From Octopus vulgaris (Eukaryota), in the NCBI GenBank assembly GCA_951406725.2, contig OX597816.1:27776001-27840000 (forward strand): DNA of 64,000 nt. Direction: 5' to 3'. This document shows positions 41,181 to 54,899 of the stretch, piece by piece. The position numbers were made by a program, and so were the translations under genes. Below the pieces are notes generated by a model that saw only the letters and a list, made by a program, of their open reading frames with translations, had not been told where the DNA came from and made no database searches. Positions within the stretch are counted from its first letter, which is position 1, and every line of letters begins with the position of its first letter.

Positions 41181-42127
41181 ACATACATATACACTTTGCA
41201 GAATGGAAGATCCTGTTTATTACATATACTTTATACCATATAATGTTGTTATATACTTATGTTTTGTGCTGGTGTGATATTTCTTTTTGCTTTGTTTCGT
41301 GTGTGTGTGTGTGTGTGCGCGCGTGTCTGTGTACCTGTGCATGTGCGTGTATGTGTGTTTGTATGTGTGTGTGTACACATGTGTATATTTGTCTCTCTCT
41401 CTCTCTAAATATATATAAACGCATATTTATGTGTATATGTGCATATATTTTTTGAATCACACACACACACACACACACACACAAATACATATATTTATGT
41501 GTATATATATATGTTCGTGTATGTGCTTAAGCGTAGTGTATACACATGTATATATATGAGAGAGAGAGAGAGAGAGTGTGTGTGTGTGTGTGTGTGGAAT
41601 CTATATACAAATGTTAAGTTTATATATTTGTTTTGCAAATACATGATGCGAAATTGTGTGTTGAAACAGATATTGTCATACTTGTAGATGATCAGTTTTG
41701 CCAAATAAGCACAAGCCCAACATGTTTGGTCTTCCCTTTAGTATTATTATATTCATTTCAGTTTATTTTTGAAATCTCTTTTGTCACACATCCTGTGACC
41801 TCTTCAACGACACTCTATTCCACGTGTCTCCTTTTGTTCTGCATATTCCGATATAAAGCTCTTTTGTTACACATCCCGTGGCCTCCTCAACAACGCTTTA
41901 TCCTGCATGTCTCTTCTTGCTGCGATTATTCCGGTATAAGCAGAACAAGAAGTGATACGCGGGATAAAAAAATAATCATTGAAGAGCCTACAAGTTGTGT
42001 GACGCACGAGCTTTCATAAAGGGACTAAAGTAACTATGATAAAGCTGAAGTAAAGACCAAACATATAGGGCGTGCATTTAATTGGAAAAATATGACCATC
42101 ACCAAGTATATACACATGCATATATGA

Positions 42128-42229
<102 letters not shown>

Positions 42230-42234
42230 GTATA

Positions 42235-42294
<60 letters not shown>

Positions 42295-42298
<4 letters not shown>

Positions 42299-42472
42299 GA
42301 TTGCATTGTTCAATTAAATGGAGTCGCATGAAACGATCGTACTGCATTACCTCTGGATATCCTTGTTGCTTATTTTGATTTTAATCACCGCACTTTGAAA
42401 TTGTATGGATAATACCATACTAAATTATAATGCCTCAACTTAATTACTATATTCATCTGAATCTAAATTTTT
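42295..42472 (+). mobile_element. PLE-like terminal fragment inside (TA)n with HHR 3' half
   Basis: GAAAC-GATC-GTA at 42330-42341; homologous to the reverse complement of 5333-5483. Confidence 0.7.
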
Positions 42473-42478
42473 ATATAT

Positions 42479-42539
<61 letters not shown>

Positions 42540-42751
42540 TATATATATATATATGCACAGTCACAAGTAGTAACTATACTCAGTCATGTATGCGCCTCTC
42601 TCTCTCTCTCCCCTCTCTGTCTCTCTATATGTTTATAAATACATGTGTATATATGTATATGTGTGTAGATACGTAGTTACAGGCACGGATATATATTCAT
42701 ACAAATACAAGCAGGAACACTTGTTTGACGAGCGTATTGATAATTTTTAGA

Positions 42752-43835
<1,084 letters not shown>

Positions 43836-44092
43836 TACCAGGAAACACCAAAATGGCAGACATTCAAAAGATAGTGCTCATGGGAATTTTCCATATCCTA
43901 CGTAAAATACTGTCTATGCAACCTCAAATTTTAAAGCAACTTATAATTTTCTTATGTTTTCTTAATCATACTCTAGGACAAAACCAAATATATGACACCC
44001 CAGACATAATACCAACTTGAATTTCTAACTTGTTGTCTTTTGAGGTCTCTGGGTGAGACTTGGAGTCAACTTGTACAAATTCAAAGTAAAAT
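43836..44092 (+). pseudogene. R4/Dong LINE 3' end flanked by (TAA)n
   Basis: PGNTKMADIQKIVLMGIFHILRKILSM plus 3' UTR; TAA repeats on both sides fit Dong target preference. Confidence 0.85.
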
Positions 44093-44119
44093 ATAATAAT
44101 ATAATAATATAATAATATA

Positions 44120-44282
44120 TTTCTTTATTGCCCACAAGATGCTAAACATAGAGAGGACAAACAAGGACAGACAAAGGGATTAAGTCGATTATATCGACCC
44201 CAGTGTGAAACTGATACTTTATTTATCGACTCCGAAAGGATGAAAGGCAAAGTCGACCTCAGAACGTAACGATAGACGAATA
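44120..44282 (-). mobile_element. SINE family B, truncated
   Basis: Matches family B. Confidence 0.85.
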
Positions 44283-44309
44283 ATGATGATAATAATAATA
44301 ATAATATAA

Positions 44310-44862
44310 TGGAAAGAGAAATGAGAAAGAAAGTCAATAAATTGTACAAGATGAAAATTAAGAAGGTGCTACCAACAAAATTAAATCGAGGAAATGTCAC
44401 TAGATTTATAACTACATGGGCTATGCCCGGATTGAGATACCCTACTTCGTTTCTGAAATGGACAAAGGTCGAGCCACAGAACAATTTGCACACAATGCCC
44501 AACTTACTACACTCTAAAAACAATATCGATGACTCTCTCTACCAAGAAAGGAAAGTGGTAGAAGATTACTAAATGCAGAAGACACGGATAATGTTACGAT
44601 ACTGGGTTTGAAAAACTGTTGTGAAGAGTAAAGAAAGAATATTATCGGTAGCCAAAGATACCACAAAAGTGAGAATTCGAAGAGAAGAGAAGCAACATCA
44701 GAGCAAACAGATCGAAAGTGATGGAAATACATGGCCAATTGATGCAACAGACCGACAATGCTGGAAGTAAAGACCACTGGATCTGGTTGATGGATGGAAA
44801 CCTGAAACGGGAGACTGAAGCGCTAATTATAGCCTCTCAGAGACAAGCCATTGAATAAACCT
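44310..44862 (+). pseudogene. R4/Dong LINE RT-downstream fragment
   Basis: KIKKVLPTKLNRGNVTRFITTWAMPGLRY...W; IHGQ; WLMDGNLKRETEALIIASQ. Confidence 0.8.
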
Positions 44863-45744
44863 GACAAGACGAAGACCGACAAAACACAGTGAGGCCGTCT
44901 GTCTGCATGTTCTGAGCCCAAATTCCACCGCGGTCGACTTTGCCTTTCATCCTGTCGGGGTCGATAAAATAAGTACCAGTTGAGTACTGGAATCGATGCA
45001 AGCGATTGTTCCCCTCTTCTAAATTTTTGACCTTATGCCAAATTTTGAAACCAATGTAGCTCAGCGAAACGAACATGCAAGAAATTACAGATTAGAGAAA
45101 AAATGAAAGAAATTGAAAGAAATACTGATTATTATATAACATTTAAATTTAAGCAATAATAGAATTTAAAGAGCGAAAATAATTGACATTCAGGAACCTC
45201 TTAAATCAGAAAAATAAGGTGGAAAAAAATATGCTCTATGCTTCAATCTTTAGTGAAAATAACGTTAGATCTTTCCAAACCTTTATGAAAATTTACACAC
45301 ATTCCATCAAAACTAAGAGATACGAAAAAAAAAAAAAAAACGTTGAAAGATATCCAATCATTTAGAGTAAAAGACAAACCAAATGTATAAAAGTGATAGT
45401 AAGGAATGCAAAACTACATAAAAAATATTTTGATATAAGAACGACAGTGTAAGTGAGCGAACTGTGGAGTATATAACGAGTTATTAGAAACATAAAAATT
45501 AAAAAGAAAATTAGTGACGGGTGTATTAATGTGCTTACATTCAGAATCACGACTTTGTTATAGTAATGGGAATATCTCATAAATATTCATATTATACTTT
45601 GCACTATATTACTTTAATATTATGTAAATATTTACACTGGAACTTGATATACTATGCATTGTATTTTGAAATTATGCACATAAAAAAACTGATATATTTT
45701 GAAAGTAGCTAAAACTTGTTACTGAATATATATATTATTTTTTT

Positions 45745-45950
45745 CGTTTACTCTGTTACTTGTTTTATTGAGTTGACTGTGGCCATGCTGGAGCATTGCC
45801 TTGTAGGTTTTTTTAATCGAACAAATCGACCCACGACATTTTTAGAGTACAGCCTAGTACTAATTCTATCGGTCTTTCATGTCGAACTGCTACTTTAGGG
45901 GAACGTAAACATACCGACACCAGTTTTCAAGCGATGATGAGGGGACACGC
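45745..45950 (-). mobile_element. SINE family A, 3' part
   Basis: Matches the family A tail. Confidence 0.75.
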
Positions 45951-46021
45951 ACAAGAGCACACACGCACTCACATACACACTCACACACACACATGCACAC
46001 ACAAACTCATACACACATATA

Positions 46022-46202
46022 GGCGCAGGCGTGGCTGTGTGGTAAGAGGCTAACTTGCTAACCACATGGTTCCGGGTTCAGTCCCAATGAGTGGCACCGT
46101 GGGGAGATGTCTTCACCTCTCGCATCGGGCCAACCGATCAAAGCTTTGTGAGTGGATTTCGTAGACGGAAACTAAAAAAAAAAAACACCCAAAACACGTC
46201 GA

Positions 46203-46233
<31 letters not shown>

Positions 46234-46422
46234 GACTTCGCCTGGAAAATAATTTTATTTGCTAAAAGAAGTATGAAACCAGTCCAGGAAATAGACGGTA
46301 AATGTTTTTATTTTTCATTCCCTTCGAGAATTTATCCCTAATTAGTGGTTTGGACTTTAGCTGTTCCTTCTAGCGTAAGGTAATCCTATGATGGACACCT
46401 CTTATATGTTAAATATACACTG

Positions 46423-46487
<65 letters not shown>

Positions 46488-46662
46488 TATATAAATATAT
46501 ATATACATGTATATACATATATATATATATACATATACATATATATACCAATATATATATATATTTATATATATATATATATAGATATACATACATATAC
46601 ATATACATACATATATACATACATACATATATATATATATATGCACATATATGTATATAGAC

Positions 46663-46695
<33 letters not shown>

Positions 46696-46875
46696 TATAT
46701 ATATATAGGTATACACACACACATACTTATATATATATTTATGTGTGTGTGTGTGTCTTTGTGTCAGTGCTTGTTCCCAACCACCGCTTGACAACCGATT
46801 CGGCAAATGTTACCGATAGAACTAGTAGTAGGCTTATAAAGAATAAGTCCATGGGTCGATTTCTTCGACAAAAAA
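46022..46875 (+). mobile_element. SINE family A interrupted in its (TA)n by a PLE-like piece (46231-46424)
   Basis: The insert is homologous to 61108-61318 (CGCCT.GAAAAT.ATTTTATTTGCTAA...TTTATTTTTCATTCCCTTCGA). Confidence 0.8.
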
Positions 46876-47037
46876 AAATACACCTAAGGTGTATTATATT
46901 TTCTGCCATAGTTTGTCGATCTCGGTCACTTTATTTTTTTCCATATTCCCAATGTAATCGTTTGTTATGGGCCACTTATGAGTGGACGAGTTTTTGCACC
47001 CCTCCTGAAGGTGAAGTGATATTCGACGCCTTGAAAA

Positions 47038-47268
47038 GGCGGCGAGCTGGCAGAAACGTTAGAACGCCGAGCGAAATGCGTAGCCGTATTTTGTCTGCCG
47101 TTACGTTCTGAGTTCAAATTCCGCGGAGGTCGACTTTACCTTTCATCCTTTCGGGGTCGATAAATTAAGTACTAGTTGCGCACTGGAGTCGATGAAATCG
47201 ACTTAATCCGTTTGTCTGTCTTTGTTTGTCCCCTCTGTGTTTAGCCCCTTGTGGGTAGTAAAGAAATA
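47038..47268 (+). mobile_element. SINE family B, full length
   Basis: 17-bp TSD GATATTCGACGCCTTGA at 47018-47034 and 47269-47285. Confidence 0.93.
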
Positions 47269-47429
47269 GATATTCGACGCCTTGATGCCGAAGAGAATAT
47301 CGACGCCTCTCGTGTGGCAGCGTCATCTCCGTAATTTGTTTTTGTAGCTGTCTCCTCTCACCTTCCAAAAGAAAGGCTTAATTGGATTTTATTGTTGTAT
47401 ATACAGTATCTGGTTTTTCTATGCTGAAT

Positions 47430-47880
47430 AATTAATCTAAAATCTTTCTCCTTATCATCCACTACAGGCCATAACTTAAGAATTGATTTTACGCTTTTTG
47501 TTCATGATGATCGTACTCGACCACATATTAGCGAAAGTTCTATTGTCATTTCCACTTGTCTACATTCCGCTATGCTACTCACGATGAAAAGGGGGTCAAC
47601 TTTGACATTGATATTTTTGACAATGATTTTTGTTTATCTTATTTTAAGCTGCATGGACGGGCGGATTTAAAGATAATCAGCCATGTACACTTCCCTCTCA
47701 GTGGAATAGATTTCACTCCATTCATCTGCAAGTGAATAATTTAATATCTCCTTGATTAACACAAGGAACGTCTCCATGGACATGGCAAAGAAAAATAATA
47801 GCTCTTCTCTCTTTTGTTTGGGTGCAATTTATCGGAAATCCTTATCAAAAGTTTTTTTGTTTAAAAGTAGACATTCAAAA
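47430..47880 (-). pseudogene. Possible decayed Tigger/pogo transposase C-terminal fragment
   Basis: Fragmentary resemblance only (a ...W..V...KLWP-like end); many stops. Confidence 0.3.
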
Positions 47881-47899
47881 GATGGGGTCTGATCTCTAT

Positions 47900-48570
47900 T
47901 CGAAACATTTTCCTCTAAATGTTAAAGCTGGTTCTAAAAAATGAAGGTACCAAAACTTGTACAAAATGACGAAAAATGCAATAATATACTTTCGGCATCT
48001 GTAGATAGATGAGCCAGATTCCGAAGAAAATGTATTCCCCACTGAAAGGGCAAAGTATATACGAAATACATATCTGGAAATGTTTGAGAAATTGAGCAAA
48101 TATAACGACTTCGAGATAGAAATCAGAGGAATGTGGTATCTCAAAGAAACAAAATTACCTATTTATACTGGGGCACTTGGATTGATATGAAAAGGAGCAA
48201 ACAAATATGTAGACCAAATTCCTGGCAGCGCAAAAATAAGAGAGTTGCAAGAGATCTTACTTATGGGTATCTCACATATCTTCCGTAAATTCCTCTTTAT
48301 GTATGCGATCTTTTACATTCAGTTTTATAAATATGATAAATAGAATGTCAATATCGTTTAATCCATATTGTTTGCTTGGAAAATACAAAAATATCAGGAC
48401 CTAGAGCACGATTATCGAAAAATGTGGAATTGCCGTAAAGTTGTTATCCCAATAGCAAAGGAACCTTTGGATCAGTGGTAAATTGAAATGGTTGGTTAAA
48501 AATGTTGGATATCGAGATGATTTTTCTGATTCTATATAAATCTTGCTGGCTTCGTACAGGTATGTGCTAC
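47900..48570 (+). pseudogene. Two R4/Dong LINE C-terminal fragments
   Basis: EKLSKYNDFEIEIRGMW...TGALGLI...IPGS...LLMGISHIFRK (to about 48300); then KIQKYQDLE...KMW...VIPI (48378-48570). Confidence 0.8.
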
Positions 48571-49121
48571 AGACATAACGCTACGGGATGCGATTAAATA
48601 TTGAGCTATACAAGACCAACAGCAAACACAAAACAAAACAAAATTATATACAGTACAACGGCAAAATTAAATCGCAAAAATTGTTCTAAATTACTTCTCC
48701 TTTCCGGCTCATATTTTAACGTTCCTTTCTTTATGTCTTATGGTGTGGAGAGGAACAGCATACATTATTATTATTATTGGAGCCATGTTGTTCTGTAGAA
48801 AGTGCAAGTATTATATCACCGCATGAAAGTATTCTTATGAAAACACAAAAATCCAGACATTAACGAGAGCAAAAGACAGAGATGGAATCTAACGGGGGAA
48901 ACGAAAACAAGGTGAACTGATACTAAATAAGTTGATAAAATAATTGTGTTTTGTTTCATCAGAGGATAGTAAATTTATAACACATGCGTCAGTTCTAAGA
49001 TTAGGTAATTATTCCGAATTATGGAGCATGCGTATGTACGCTCGTAGGCACGCACATATGCACTACGTACACGCACATACATAAACACACACGCACACAC
49101 ACACATAAACACACACGCACT

Positions 49122-49161
<40 letters not shown>

Positions 49162-49469
49162 CATGTGTATGTATGTGTGTGCATGTGTGTTTGTATATAT
49201 AAATACATATATGTATACATGCACACACACATACATACATATGTGTATATGCAGAATCTAAAGGAAATGGTACTCAAACTATTTGATCGAGTTTATTATA
49301 TTTGTTTTAACAGTTTGGCTCTGAAACGCGTTACACAGGCGCAGGGATCCTTCCGTTAATGTGTCAGCCTGTTAACACACACACACACACACACACAGAG
49401 TGGGTGAACAAGTCGATAAGCGTAGCTTGGATGCTCCAGTCACTTTGAGTTTCACTATATATATATGAT

Positions 49470-50150
49470 GGACTCTCATCGAAGACGACGTATGAGCGTT
49501 CAGCTTTGCCGAACAACCTGCACATATGATTTATTTATAATGATCAAATGTAGGTGCTGTACATTAGGTCACTACCGCCGTCAAATCGCCGTTGTTTGAA
49601 GAAGGGCAGAGTTCGATCATATAATAAGATAAATAATATATAAATATATGCATATATGCATACGTATATGTACATACCTACATATGTATGTGTATATACA
49701 TGCATATATGGGTACAGGACACCAAAAAAACGTTGAACACAATGAGAAACGAAAACATAAAAACAAAAACATAGAAAGAACATTTTTTCAAACAACGAAA
49801 AAAACCCCAGAGAAACGAAACATACGACATAAAGAATATTCCACTTCTTCAGTTGTCTCTGTTTCATCTACTCCGCGGTTCGAAGGTAAGGACAAGACGC
49901 GACTTCGTTGAAACAGTCCTTCCCGCAAAGCTAATTAAATAATATTTGGGATTTTTTGCGGAGGGTGAAAGTGGTAACAAGAACAGGACAGTAAGAACAA
50001 AACAGTAAAAGCAATAAAAAAGATAAACAGTAAAAGACAGAACAATGAGGACAAAACAGTAAAAACAAACGAGCCCTCAGGGAGTAAAAGAATAAGGAGA
50101 TGGAAGAAAGAAGAAAATTGAAGCATAAAAGTTCATAGTTCAACTTTCCG
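49470..50150 (-). mobile_element. PLE-like terminal repeat family P, long copy
   Basis: Homologous to 8440-8800; carries HHR core strands at 49841-49902. Confidence 0.7.
49841..49902 (-). ncRNA. Candidate hammerhead with non-canonical (pseudoknotted) strand order
   Basis: Minus strand: TCGCGTC-TTGTC-ctta-CCTTC-GAAC-CGCGG-(15 nt)-GACAA-CTGAAGA-AGTGG. Confidence 0.45.
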
Positions 50151-50399
50151 AAGTTATAGAAACCAGAGCATGAGTCCTTAGGTGCAATCCTGCGTAGATC
50201 TATGATCGTAAGTCCTTAGGTGCAATCCTGCGTATATCCATGTGAGTTAAAGTCCTGATATAGTAGACATCGTAAAAAAATGACGCGAACATATCAACGT
50301 TCAATAACCACTTAATAGCCACCTCCACTACCATTCACCATTTTGTTATTGAACGTTGATGTGATGTCCCTGATAGGAAAGTACTCTAACTGGCGAAAA

Positions 50400-50835
50400 G
50401 GAGGTGTATCGAGTTCATGAGTAATGAATCATCAACTTGGGTGATCTGATCATCTTTAGAGAGCACCCACATCCCAAAACTGGTATGGTGAGCTTAAACA
50501 AAGAAAACGTTCCCGATCAAGCCACGCGAGCATTACAAAAACAATCAGAACAAAACTAATTTCCATAATAATGCGTGGGAAGATTGTGCATCGGATGGGG
50601 AGCTGTGGAGGAATGTGGTTGCTACGGGTGTTAAGGAATTATGTTTTCGTTTCTCATTGTGTTCAACGTTTTTTTGATGTCCTGTACCCATATACGAGTC
50701 GCATATACTGAGTTGAATCGTGAATGTGAATCTTCTCCCTGAGAAGAGCACGAAAATATCTCATTCACGTTACCTGTGTGGTCGTTGTCTGTTCCTCCAA
50801 AGCAGGCCTACTCAACCACAAATGTGGTCATAGAG
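50400..50835 (+). pseudogene. RTE LINE 3' fragment, interrupted by a family P piece (50640-50695)
   Basis: THIPK...AWEDCASDGELWRNVVATGVK and a terminal zinc-finger-like CGR...SKAGLLNHKCGH. Confidence 0.7.
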
Positions 50836-51014
50836 GCGTTCTTATCTACCACTTGGACATCGAGCATGGATTCGAGCTTAAGTGGCAGAATGTATGGGTA
50901 AGCCAGTAAACTTACTCGGTCTCAAGTTGACTTCCATGTATGCATGCGAGTATACATGCATGATCTATACATACATAAGTATATAGATACATAGATACAT
51001 AGATACGGCGATCT

Positions 51015-51245
51015 GGCGGCGATCTGGCAGAATCGTTAGCACGCCGGGCGAAATGCTTATCGGTATTTCGTCTGCCGCTACGTTCTGAGGTCAAATTCCG
51101 CCGAGGTCGACTTTGCCTTTCATCCTTTCGGGGTCGATTAAATAAGTACCAGCTACGTACTGGGGTCGATATAATCGACTTAATCTGTTTGTCTGTCATT
51201 GTTTGTCCTCTCTGTGTTGAGCCCCTTGTGGGTAGTAAAGAAAGA
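51015..51245 (+). mobile_element. SINE family B, full length
   Basis: Matches 47038-47268. Confidence 0.92.
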
Positions 51246-51306
51246 GATACATAGATACATACATACATACACTCACACACACTCACGCACACATACACAC
51301 ACATAC

Positions 51307-51391
<85 letters not shown>

Positions 51392-51394
<3 letters not shown>

Positions 51395-52640
51395 TTGGAC
51401 AAAGTAATGGAGACACCTAGCATCATAATTTTGAAATATCTATAAAACTGTCAAAAGTTTGTTTATTTTTATATTTTTTGATTTATTATAAGTGTTGCTT
51501 AATATGTTTTGCTAAAATTGCTGAGATATCCTCAGAAAAGTTAATTAAAACTCATTAAAAGGACAGATCTATCGGACTTTCAAAGAAGTCAAATTGTTGG
51601 TGCTCTTATGGCAGGCGCTAGCGTAATGAAAACAGCTGAAATGCTTGGTGTATCAAGAAATACTGTCTCGAAAGTAATGACAGCCTTTGAGAAAGAGGGA
51701 AAATCCTCTTCGTCGAAACAAAACTCCGGAAGAAAACCAAAACTTTCAGGTAGGGACTGTCGGATTCTTACGCGAATTGTTAGAAAGGATCAAAAAGTAC
51801 AGCTCCCAAAATTACTGCAGAGCTTAATGACCACCTCGAGAACCCAGTTTCCACAAAAACTGTTCGCCGTGAGCTGCTCAAAACCGGATTTTAAGGGAGG
51901 GCTGCAATAAGAAAACCACTACTTTTAAAAACAAACGTTGCAAAGCGTTTAGATTGGAGTAAAAATCTACAGAATTGGTCCCTAGAGAAGTGGAAGAATG
52001 TTATTTTCTTGGACGAGTCATTCTTTACCTTATTTCTGATCACCGGCCAAGTACACGTATGGAGACAGCCATAAGAAGCATTTGATCCAGACTGTCTTCT
52101 TCCAACTGTTAAACATGGAGGAGGATCTGTGATGATCTGAAGGTGTGGCTATATCTTGGAAATCTGCCGGCCCAAAGATTTCTCTTCATGGTAGAATTAA
52201 TAGTCAGGACTATTTAAGCACTTTATCTGATCAAATTCATCCTATGGTTGCGGAACTGATTCCGGAGGGAAACGCAATCTTTCAAGATGATAATGCACCA
52301 ATTCACACAGCTAAAATTGTTACTGGATGGCACAAGGATCATTATAGTGAAGTTGAACATCTTATCTGGCCAACGCAGTCCCCAGGTCTCACTATTATTG
52401 AACATCTATGGTGCATTTTAGAAAAAGAAGTAAGGAGTCGATATCCTCCACTATCATCACTATAAGAACTGGAGACTGCTTTAGCTGAAGAATGGACAAA
52501 AATGTCTTTGGAAACAGTTCAAACTTTGTAGAAGTCCATATGTCGTAGAAAAGCTGTAATTACTGCCAAATGCGGTCCTTCCCCATATTAAAATAAATTT
52601 GTTTGAAATGTTAAGGTGTTTACATTATTTTGACCAACCC

Positions 52641-52643
<3 letters not shown>
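51392..52643 (+). mobile_element. Full-length decayed Tc1 (DD34E) transposon in (TA)n
   Basis: TIRs CAGTTGGACAAAGTAATGGAGACACCT and AGGTGTTTACATTATTTTGACCAACCCCTG. Transposase about 51560-52590 with GRKPK, DES, TVKHGGGSVMI, FQDDNAPIH and WPTQSPGLTIIEHLW; stops and frameshifts present. Confidence 0.95.
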
Positions 52644-52674
<31 letters not shown>

Positions 52675-52745
52675 GCACACACCCATACACTCACGCACAT
52701 ATATAAAATTAGAAATATATGTGTGTATGTATGTATGTATGTATG

Positions 52746-52798
<53 letters not shown>

Positions 52799-52965
52799 TG
52801 TAAGAGATAGAAAAGGAGAGATAGAGAGTGTTGTATTCCTATATTTGTAAACTATATGCGTGTTTGCTGGGCGTTGGTGAGTAAAACTATGCCAGTTTTA
52901 TCTGAGTATGGTGTGGCGTGAGAGAGATTTGTTTGCTATTCATTACAATCGATTATATATATATA

Positions 52966-53136
52966 GGCGCAGGAGTGGCTGTGTGGTAAGTAGCTTGCTA
53001 ACCAACCACATGGTTCCGGGTTCAGTCCCACTGCGTGGCATCTTGGGCGAGTGTCTTCCGCTATAGCCTCGGGCCGACCATAGCCTTGTGAGTGGATCTG
53101 GTAGACGGAAACTGAAAGAAGCCTGTCGTATATATG

Positions 53137-53167
<31 letters not shown>

Positions 53168-53391
53168 GCATGTGTGTGTATATGTTTGTGTCTGTGTTTG
53201 TTCCTCTAGCATTGCTTGACAACCGATGCTGGTGTGTTTACGTCCCCGTCACTTAGCGGTTCGGCAAAAGAGACCGATAGAATAAGTACTGGGCTTACAA
53301 AGAATAAGTCCCGGGGTCGATTTGCTCGACTAAAGGCGGTGCTCCAGCATGGCCACAGTCAAATGAGTGAAACAAGTGAAAGAGAGTAAAG
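52966..53391 (+). mobile_element. SINE family A, full length
   Basis: Near-identical to 16090-16585. Confidence 0.93.
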
Positions 53392-53397
53392 ATATAC

Positions 53398-53446
<49 letters not shown>

Positions 53447-54119
53447 AGGAGTACACTGTTGCATACCTTTACTGGCACTGAGTAAGGTTTGTTATATTTT
53501 CTGCTTCTGAAGTCATTGTGATATAATGATGCCAATACTATGTATGCGATATCGTTACATGCAAAATCCGTGATTCAAAGCAACTTTGGGGGTTTTCATG
53601 GTGTGTTGTTCATATCTTGAGAAGTTGAGGTGCAAATTGTTCGGTAGTGGTTATTTGATCTTGTGGAAGAGACTAACTTAAGACATATTGCAGTATAGAT
53701 TTCAGAATTATGCTCACGTAGGCAGTGCTGGTTTGAAATGAAATTATTCGGCTGCTTATGTTGCGCGTTTGTAGAGACGTCAATTCTTTCAGTTCCATTG
53801 GTGTGCGTGATCTTACGCTGTCTTTCTTCATTTTTGGTCTTTCCATTTTAACCTAATTATCCTCTCACATTTTATATCTTAAATAGTGCAGAAGAGAATT
53901 ATCCCAAGAAAGACGTGACTTTTTCATCTGCAAGTTCCAGCAAAGACCTGGAATAGAAATATTCTACATATCTCAAAAAAGATTAAGTTGGATAAGTTTC
54001 CCCGTAAGCTAAAACACTATAATTAAATTAACATCAACTGTCGCCTCTCCTGGCCTTGTACCTTTACATTACATCACAAACAAGGGCAGGAGATGAACAC
54101 AGAATATCTCAACAAAAGT

Positions 54120-54742
54120 TACATCGAAGCCCTTAAAATCCCAAGATGCAGCCACAAGTGCCGATCGTGCTTTTCTTTTTGCGAGGACATAACACGTATA
54201 GTCAGCAGCTGTTTAAAAATTTCATCGTGGTAGGACCACCCTCTGCGCCAATAAGTTGCTGCTAACCCAATACACAATGCTGTCCGCAGAAAAGGACTGT
54301 CCTGGGATTAACATACACGATACTCCTGCTATGGAATACATGCATGTCAGGAAAAAGGAATATTGGTGGAACTTCCTCATCAAAACTTCTACCGAATGCA
54401 ATAAAAACAGACCAGACATTGATATTCGGGACTAGAGAAAGGTCATGTACCGTTATTAGATGAGCCATCCTACAGATGCAAATATCTCTTTCAAAATTAG
54501 CGCGAAGAAGAATAGCTATGGCCAACTGCATCAGAATCTACAATTCCTTTACTCTGCTTATAAATTTACATTCATAATAATAGCCATTGGTGCTCTTGCT
54601 TGTGTTAGTAAATGCTTTGACCACAAACGAGAGAAGCTAGTGTTTTCAAGCAAAGAAAGGGATCAGCTAATGCGAACTTCTGATACAGCCTTTAAGTGAA
54701 TCAGTTAAAATATGCAAGTCTTTCATGAAGTTCGATATGTAA
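54120..54742 (+). pseudogene. R4/Dong-like LINE zinc knuckle plus restriction-like endonuclease fragment
   Basis: KCRSC...EDITRIVSSC; WWNFLIKT...NRPDI; IIAIGALACVSK. Confidence 0.8.
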
Positions 54743-54899
54743 CAGGTATATTTATTGTTATCCATAAACCAGTGATGGCGCTTTTGCTTCTTTGTCAGAA
54801 ACCGGTTCCCTCATTCTAGAAAGAAGTGTATTAAATAAAAGAAAAGAAGAGAAAAACAAACCCACACATACGCGCACGCATGAATATATATATATATAA

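Noticed and set aside
50173-50234. Repeat-spacer-repeat resembling a CRISPR unit
   Set aside because: Only two copies with a 14-nt spacer, in a eukaryotic context with no cas genes.
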